Shown here piece after piece: positions 58,739-64,000 of a stretch of 64,000 nucleotides of DNA. The translations under genes and the position numbers were made by a program. The stretch lies in NCBI GenBank assembly GCA_035262745.1, contig DATFSE010000016.1, positions 14,348-78,347 on the forward strand, read 5' to 3'. This DNA is from Casimicrobiaceae bacterium (GTDB lineage: Bacteria > Pseudomonadota > Gammaproteobacteria > Burkholderiales > Casimicrobiaceae). The notes under the pieces were generated by a model, which was not told where the DNA came from, made no database searches, and was given only the letters and a program-made list of their open reading frames with translations. Numbering within the stretch: the stretch's first letter is position 1; each line of letters starts with the position of its first letter.

Positions 58739-59794
58739 ATGAACACCGACAAGCTCGAGGCTCTCAGGCGGAAATATGCCGGAGCAAAGGGCGGTGAGAT
58801 TTTTCACCCGCCGTTTGCCGCGGTCGCAGCGCAGATCTTCTCCAAGGACGATCAGCGTCAGTGGCCGTTTGTTGGTGCAGCGACATTTCTGCGCCTGCCG
58901 TATATGCCGGAGGCGCCAGCTTCGAGCTTCGCGGGCTTGGACGTGGCCGTGGTCGGCGTGCCGATGGACCTCGGTGTGACCAATCGCGCCGGCGCGCGGC
59001 TCGGCCCGCGCGCGGTGCGCGCCGTCGAGCGAATCGGTCCGTATGAGCACGCGCTGAAGATCGCGCCATTGTCACACCTGCGCGCAGCCGACGTCGGCGA
59101 CGTGCCGATGAAGAGTCGCTTCAGTCTCGAAGGGTGCCATGCCGACATCGAGGCATTTTTCGAAACGCTACACGCGGCCAGGGTGGTTCCGCTCGCGGTG
59201 GGCGGCGATCATTCGATCACCTATCCGATCCTCAAGGCGCTGGGAAAAGATGCGCCGGTGGGCATGGTTCACATCGACGCGCACTGCGATACCGGGGGCA
59301 TCTTCGAGGGATCCAAGTTTCACCATGGCGGCCCGTTCCGCCAAGCCGTGCTCGATGGGGTTCTGGACCCGGAACGGTCGATCCAGATCGGAATCCATGG
59401 CGGCGCGGAGTTCCTGTGGGAGTTTTCGTTTGAAAGCGGGATGACCGTCTTGCACGTCGAGGAAGTGGCTGAGATGGGCATCGCCGCGGTCGTGGAACAA
59501 GTCCGGCAAGTAATCGGCGATGGGCCGACTTACATCACCTTTGACATCGATGGGATCGACCCTGGCTTTGCACCAGGCACCGGAACGCCTGAGGTCGGGG
59601 GTTTGACGCCGCGCGAAGCACTGACGATTCTGCGCGGCATCGCCGGAGCGCACATCATCGGTGGTGACGTGGTCGAGGTCGCCCCGCAATACGATGCGAC
59701 GACCAATACTGCGCAAGTCGCCGCTCAGATGCTGTTCACCGAACTTTGCCTGGTCGCTCTGGACCCCAGGTTCAAGTCGCGTAAGCGCGACTGA
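58739..59794 (+). CDS. Ureohydrolase (agmatinase / guanidino-acid hydrolase family)
   Basis: Trimmed to ATG 58739 (GGAGGGA upstream). Mn ligand motifs 'GGDHSITYP', 'VHIDAHCD', 'FDIDGIDP' and 'GGDVVEVAP'. Confidence 0.88.
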   Translation: MNTDKLEALRRKYAGAKGGEIFHPPFAAVAAQIFSKDDQRQWPFVGAATFLRLPYMPEAPASSFAGLDVAVVGVPMDLGVTNRAGARLGPRAVRAVERIGPYEHALKIAPLSHLRAADVGDVPMKSRFSLEGCHADIEAFFETLHAARVVPLAVGGDHSITYPILKALGKDAPVGMVHIDAHCDTGGIFEGSKFHHGGPFRQAVLDGVLDPERSIQIGIHGGAEFLWEFSFESGMTVLHVEEVAEMGIAAVVEQVRQVIGDGPTYITFDIDGIDPGFAPGTGTPEVGGLTPREALTILRGIAGAHIIGGDVVEVAPQYDATTNTAQVAAQMLFTELCLVALDPRFKSRKRD

Positions 59795-59807
59795 AGGTCA
59801 TCTCGAC

Positions 59808-61127
59808 CTAATCCACAGGGACCTTCCGGTACCTGTCGACGTCGGCGGCGTTGATGGCGTTGCCCCGATTGCCCCAGGACTGTCGGATGTAGGTGACGAC
59901 TTCAGCGACTTCCTGATCATTCAGTACATAGGCGAACGGCGGCATGCCGAAGGGTCTCGGATTGCCGCGCGTCGCTGGAGGGAACCCGCCGAACAGCACC
60001 ATGCGAATGGGATTCGCGGCGAATTGCATATTGATCGCCTGATTGTTCTCGAGCGGTGGATAGGCGGAAGGGACCCCTACCCCATTGACGCCGTGACACG
60101 ACTTGCAGTGAGTGTCGTAGAGCTTGGCGCCCGCTTCGTACGCGGCTTTACTTTGCGCTTCGGTAGGACGGATTTGCGACAGCTCCTCGGTCGCAGCCGC
60201 TTGAGCCAGCGATTTCAAATAGACCGCCATGGCCCGTGTGTCGGCCTCGGTGATGTATTGAAGGCTGTCATGGACCACCTGGGCCATGGGACCGAACACC
60301 GCACCACGCTTGGAGTTGCCATTGCGAAGCAAGTCCACCACGTCCGCGATTTCCCACTGACCGAGCCCCGCTTCGCGGTTGGAGGTCAGCGACGGCGCGT
60401 ACCAGTCCTGCAGCGGAATCAGTCCTCCGCCGAATTCTTTTTCCTTGACCGTCGCGCCGAGCATGTTGCGGGTCGTATGGCAGGCATCGCAATGTCCCAG
60501 ACCCTGGATAAGATACGCACCGCGGTTCCACTCAGCCGATTCGTTCGGGCGTGGCGTGAATTCGCCCGGCTCGAAGTAAAGAGCCCGCCACGCCGTGAGC
60601 AGCTTGCGCTGGTTGTACGGGAACGCCATCCGATGCGGGGTGTTGCGCTTGTGCACCGGCTTGAGCGTCATTAAATAGCCGTAGATTGCATCGCTGTCAG
60701 CGCGTGTGACCCTGGTATAGCTGGGATAAGGAAACGCCGGATACAGCAGCGATCCATCGCGCGACCGTCCCTCGTGCAGTGCATGCCAAAAATCGTCGGC
60801 GGTCCACTTGCCGATGCCGGTTTCGGGGTCGGGGGTGATGTTCGGCGTGTACAGCGTTCCAAACGGAGTCGGCATCTCCAAGCCACCCGCGAACGCCTCG
60901 CCTCCGCGCGCCGTGTGACACGCTACGCAGTCGCCCATGCGCGCGTAATATTCGCCGTCCGTTTGCGCGGGCAGGCGTGCTGCGTTGGCTTGCGCAGTCT
61001 CTGCCGTAGGCTGCGTCGCCTTTGCCGGCTGTGCGTGCGCGCCCGGCACGCCGACAACGCCGCTCAATGCCATCGCGCCGACAAGCACCAGCGACGCGAA
61101 CGCGAGCTTGACTGTCATGTCATTCAC
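59808..61127 (-). CDS. Tri-haem c-type cytochrome (dehydrogenase cytochrome-subunit-like)
   Basis: Three CxxCH motifs: 'CVACH', 'CDACH' and 'CKSCH'. Signal peptide 'MTVKLAFASLVLVGAMALSGVVGVPGAHA'. The start is GTG 61127 or ATG 61118. Confidence 0.85.
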   Translation of the reverse strand: MNDMTVKLAFASLVLVGAMALSGVVGVPGAHAQPAKATQPTAETAQANAARLPAQTDGEYYARMGDCVACHTARGGEAFAGGLEMPTPFGTLYTPNITPDPETGIGKWTADDFWHALHEGRSRDGSLLYPAFPYPSYTRVTRADSDAIYGYLMTLKPVHKRNTPHRMAFPYNQRKLLTAWRALYFEPGEFTPRPNESAEWNRGAYLIQGLGHCDACHTTRNMLGATVKEKEFGGGLIPLQDWYAPSLTSNREAGLGQWEIADVVDLLRNGNSKRGAVFGPMAQVVHDSLQYITEADTRAMAVYLKSLAQAAATEELSQIRPTEAQSKAAYEAGAKLYDTHCKSCHGVNGVGVPSAYPPLENNQAINMQFAANPIRMVLFGGFPPATRGNPRPFGMPPFAYVLNDQEVAEVVTYIRQSWGNRGNAINAADVDRYRKVPVD

Positions 61128-61844
61128 TCACTTTCCTTGGCTGCCGCAAGCGATGGGCAGCTTTCGGCTTCCCTCCGGATCGGCAACCGTCGTTGGCGTT
61201 CCGGGCTGCTGGGCGAGGTAGTTTGCGACCGCCGAAATATCTGCGCCATTGAGCTTGGCGGCAATCTTGGCCATGCAATCGGGTTCGGTTGCATGGCGTG
61301 CGCCTCGCTGCCATGCACCGATTTGCGCACTGATGTAGTCCGGATAGAGTCCGATGATTCCCGGAATTCCTGGTTGCATTCCGGTGAGCGGCATGCCATG
61401 GCAGGCCGCGCATGCCGGGATACCCGCGGCCTGATCACCCTGGCGCACCAACGTCTCTCCTCGCGCTAGAGCTTCCTTGCTCGCGGAGGTCCGGATCGGC
61501 GTCGGAAAACCGGGCTTGAGCTTGGAGTAATAAGTCGCGATCTCCAGCAGATACTCGTCGGAGAGATAGCGGGTCATGTAGACCATCTGCGGATAGCTGC
61601 GCTTCCCGTCGCGAAAATTCGCCAGCTGGCGATACAGGTACATTGCGGGCTTGCCCGCTATGCGCGGGTAATATTCGGTTTCCCTGCGGCCTTCACCCTG
61701 ATCGCCGTGACACCCGGAGCACCCAAGCAAGCGCTGCTGGAGCGTGTCGGAGAACTGCACACCGGCATCTTCCGCCCGGACCCACGCAGGAATCATGGCC
61801 AGCGACGCCAAACATATGGCGAGGAGGAAGCGGTATCTTGGCAT
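61128..61844 (-). CDS. Di-haem cytochrome c4-like protein
   Basis: Trimmed to ATG 61844 ('MPRYRFLLAICLASLAMIPAWVRA'). 'CSGCHG' and 'CAACHG'. Its stop abuts the start of the tri-haem gene. Confidence 0.85.
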   Translation of the reverse strand: MPRYRFLLAICLASLAMIPAWVRAEDAGVQFSDTLQQRLLGCSGCHGDQGEGRRETEYYPRIAGKPAMYLYRQLANFRDGKRSYPQMVYMTRYLSDEYLLEIATYYSKLKPGFPTPIRTSASKEALARGETLVRQGDQAAGIPACAACHGMPLTGMQPGIPGIIGLYPDYISAQIGAWQRGARHATEPDCMAKIAAKLNGADISAVANYLAQQPGTPTTVADPEGSRKLPIACGSQGK

Positions 61845-62093
61845 GGAGTGACTCCCCAGACGTTCCGTTGTGACCAGAGGATGCTGCGCTTGATCCACAC
61901 CCAACGAAAGTTGGTGGCCTCGAAGGACCCCGACGCTCAATGCGAGTATGCGCGTTTTTTTCCTTCCGCCAGGACATCCACCAAAGTGATTGCGGGGATT
62001 GGAAAATACGATTTGCGTAACCGCCGCACGATCCCTATCTTCGTCACTGTCCGGGCAAAGCATGACCGCCCCCTCAAAGACAAGGAGCAGCTA

Positions 62094-62282
62094 ATGAATC
62101 GCAAGCGAACCAGCGAAGTCTTTGGCACGATGAATGCTGTGGAGCGCGCACGCGCCTCGCAAGGCATGCATCAGGCACTGCGGCTGGAGAGGCTCTTCAG
62201 CGCAACGGTAGCTCGAGTACGCAATGCGCTAGGAAGCGCCGAGCGGGCGATGACGCTGGTGTATGGCCGCCCAGGGCGTTGA
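62094..62282 (+). CDS. Possible small protein (62 aa)
   Basis: ATG 62094 is preceded by AAGGAG at a 7-nt spacing. 'MNRKRTSEVFGTMNAVERARASQGMHQALRLERLF...'. No family recognised. Confidence 0.3.
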   Translation: MNRKRTSEVFGTMNAVERARASQGMHQALRLERLFSATVARVRNALGSAERAMTLVYGRPGR

Positions 62283-62314
62283 GGGCCACAGCTAGCGTCG
62301 GCTCGCCGACTTGT

Positions 62315-62716
62315 TCAGCTCACCGACTTGTTCAACGCCACTGCCTCGCGAACGAGAGCCTTGAAGGCGGAGTCGTTGACCTTGTCGCCCTCGTGCAGAT
62401 CGATGGCGCGCCTGACGTTGCCTTCGAGGCTGGAGTTGAATAGCTTCGCAGGATCCTTAAGCTGAGCACCCTTGGCGAATGTCACCTTGACCACGCTCTT
62501 GTAGGTCTCGCCCGTGCAGATCATTCCGTCGTGATACCACACCGGAACGCCTCTCCACTTCCACTCTTCGGTGACCGCGGGGACGGCTTGTTTGATCAGC
62601 GAACGAATCCGGGAGAGCATCTCGCCGCGCCAGTCACCCAGCTCTTTGATCCTCGAATCGATCAACCGAGATGGTGACTCCCCTTTGTGCGAAGCGTCGT
62701 TCTTGCTCTTTTTCAT
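62315..62716 (-). CDS. DUF1801 (YdhG-like) domain protein
   Basis: Trimmed to ATG 62716 ('MKKSKNDASHKGESP'). 'WRGEMLSRIRSLIKQAVPAVTEEWKWRGVPVWYHDG ... VKVTFAKGAQLKDPAKLF' follows the DUF1801 pattern. Confidence 0.7.
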   Translation of the reverse strand: MKKSKNDASHKGESPSRLIDSRIKELGDWRGEMLSRIRSLIKQAVPAVTEEWKWRGVPVWYHDGMICTGETYKSVVKVTFAKGAQLKDPAKLFNSSLEGNVRRAIDLHEGDKVNDSAFKALVREAVALNKSVS

Positions 62717-62816
62717 GTCTTCCCGTCGCCTACCGGGCTGACGTTGTTGCGTTGCGAAAGTTCCGGCGAGCTGGACATGCGCCTCAGACCGCTCTGTAGC
62801 AGGCCGGGCGCGCCCG

Positions 62817-63143
62817 TTATACTCGTTTGGCGATCGCGGGAGGCGTCGCGCCGTCCAGCGGTGGTACGGTAATCGGAAAGAGGTCCGGCGCGCCGCGAAT
62901 GAGTCGCGCGACCCGCGCTGCTTCATCCGATCGATTCGCTCTTCGCCACCACGTAACCGCCGACATTGCGATCGCTGCCAGCGTTACCTGCTTATCTGGC
63001 GAGACTTGTGCCAGCGCATGTTCCGCCTCCTGAGCAGCTTGCGCAAACAGCAGTCGCGCCGAAGCTTCGTCTCCACGATGGGCCAAAGAATCAGCCGCAG
63101 CCGCGAGCTCCTTACTTCGGTGATGATGATCAAACCAGGTCAC
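62817..63143 (-). CDS. Hypothetical helical protein
   Basis: GTG 63143 is preceded by AGGAGG at a 6-nt spacing. 108 aa, Ala-rich and helical. No family recognised. Confidence 0.4.
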   Translation of the reverse strand: MTWFDHHHRSKELAAAADSLAHRGDEASARLLFAQAAQEAEHALAQVSPDKQVTLAAIAMSAVTWWRRANRSDEAARVARLIRGAPDLFPITVPPLDGATPPAIAKRV

Positions 63144-63314
63144 TGAACTCCTCCTGCAGGTTTCTGTTTTTCGGGCTTGAGCCACTTTGCTAACTGCCCG
63201 TATCGAAGTAGCCTAGCAATGGAAGGCAGCTTAGCAAAATACCGGAAGGTTACCGGGAAAGAAGCATGGGCTATAACGCTGCCGTTGGGAAGATAGCGGT
63301 GCTCCGTTCGGCCG

Positions 63315-64000
63315 ATGCTCGACGGTCAAATGCCTAGCTATGCGCACGAACTAGCGGTCGTAATTGCTGCTGTGCAGCGTGCGGGCGCCACGATCATGGA
63401 GATGTTCGGAACGGCCCGAGTCAGCAAGAAAGCTGACGGGTCGCCGGTGACGGAAGCCGATCTTGCATCCGACCGCATTATCCGCAGCGTCATCGGCGCC
63501 GCTTTCCCCACCGACGCGATCCTGACCGAGGAAGGCGTCGACAACCAGCAACGACTGAAAAGCAGTCGCTGCTGGATCGTCGACCCGATCGATGGGACAG
63601 CCGCATTTGTTCGACGCAGCGAAGATTTCGACGTATACATCGCACTGGTGGTGGACAGCCGTCCTGTTGTCGCTGCGACCCTGCAACCCATTACCGGTCT
63701 CTTGCTGAGCGCAGTCGCGGGCGGCGGCGCTCAAATCAGTCGCGGAAGCGGCGCCGCACAGCCGCTTTTGTTTCGAGGTCCGGGTGACTCACCGCGCTTG
63801 GGTAGCCGGGGATGGCTAGGCGCTCCAGCTAATTTCCCGTTGCTAGAACGCGTTGCCAGGGCCATCGGCCCCAACGCAACGGTGGTACGCCCGACCAACG
63901 GTCTCGGCTCACGATCTTTCATTCCGCCTGACAATCAGGTTGACGCCATCGTTGGAGTAGCAGTGGATGGTCGCAAGCTCGATGCGTGGGAGTGGGATCT
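63315..64000 (+). CDS. Inositol-monophosphatase / CysQ (3'(2'),5'-bisphosphate nucleotidase) family protein, truncated by the window edge
   Basis: Hand-translated, because it is not in the ORF track (no stop before the window end). 'SPVTEADLASDRIIRSVI ... ILTEEG ... WIVDPIDGTAAF ... DAWEWD'. In-frame TAG at 63294-63296; start ATG 63315 or 63330. Confidence 0.8.
   Translation, partial: MLDGQMPSYAHELAVVIAAVQRAGATIMEMFGTARVSKKADGSPVTEADLASDRIIRSVIGAAFPTDAILTEEGVDNQQRLKSSRCWIVDPIDGTAAFVRRSEDFDVYIALVVDSRPVVAATLQPITGLLLSAVAGGGAQISRGSGAAQPLLFRGPGDSPRLGSRGWLGAPANFPLLERVARAIGPNATVVRPTNGLGSRSFIPPDNQVDAIVGVAVDGRKLDAWEWD

Overview
GC-rich, gene-dense bacterial chromosomal segment with about 64 protein-coding genes called. 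I recognised no rRNA, tRNA, CRISPR array, transposase, integrase or phage gene. The taxon cannot be assigned from the sequence alone (Proteobacteria-like soil or sediment organism). Left to right: (i) a metal/redox-stress block: DUF305, YVTN beta-propeller, DUF302, a cNMP-binding TrxR-like flavoprotein without CxxC, DUF2630 and OsmC. (ii) An MFS exporter and a GNAT-thiolase-membrane-VOC operon divergent from a MarR gene. (iii) An MBL-fold hydrolase, a cupin and an orphan GAF-PAS-GAF hybrid histidine kinase. (iv) An operon encoding an exported SOD-like protein, DoxX and a Rieske-FAD reductase. (v) A translationally coupled ThDP enzyme and acyl-CoA ligase pair. (vi) A 7-gene sugar ABC uptake and oxidation operon ending in a DSD1-type PLP enzyme. 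(vii) A YtrA-type GntR-ABC module, an APC permease, and pobA coupled to an orphan LivK-type binding protein. (viii) A roughly 19 kb hopanoid supercluster: hpnA-hpnB-hpnD-shc-hpnG, hpnH, ispH, copC-copD-hpnN, hpnL-K-J-I, mlaA and hpnM. (ix) A sulfotransferase, a PagL-like deacylase, a ureohydrolase, two c-type cytochromes, small proteins and a truncated CysQ/IMPase gene at the right edge. The observations most worth a second look are listed here. hpnD is fused directly to shc with no hpnC or hpnE. The conserved N-terminus of hpnK lies upstream of any canonical start codon. copCD sits inside the hpn cluster. A PAPS-type sulfotransferase, PagL and a ureohydrolase abut hpnM. A His-less Cu,Zn-SOD-like protein is coupled to DoxX and a Rieske-flavoprotein. 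An apparent oxidative (amino-)sugar pathway is present. Several clean operator-like repeats occur in intergenic regions. All functional calls come from reading the ORF translations for family motifs; no database search was run.
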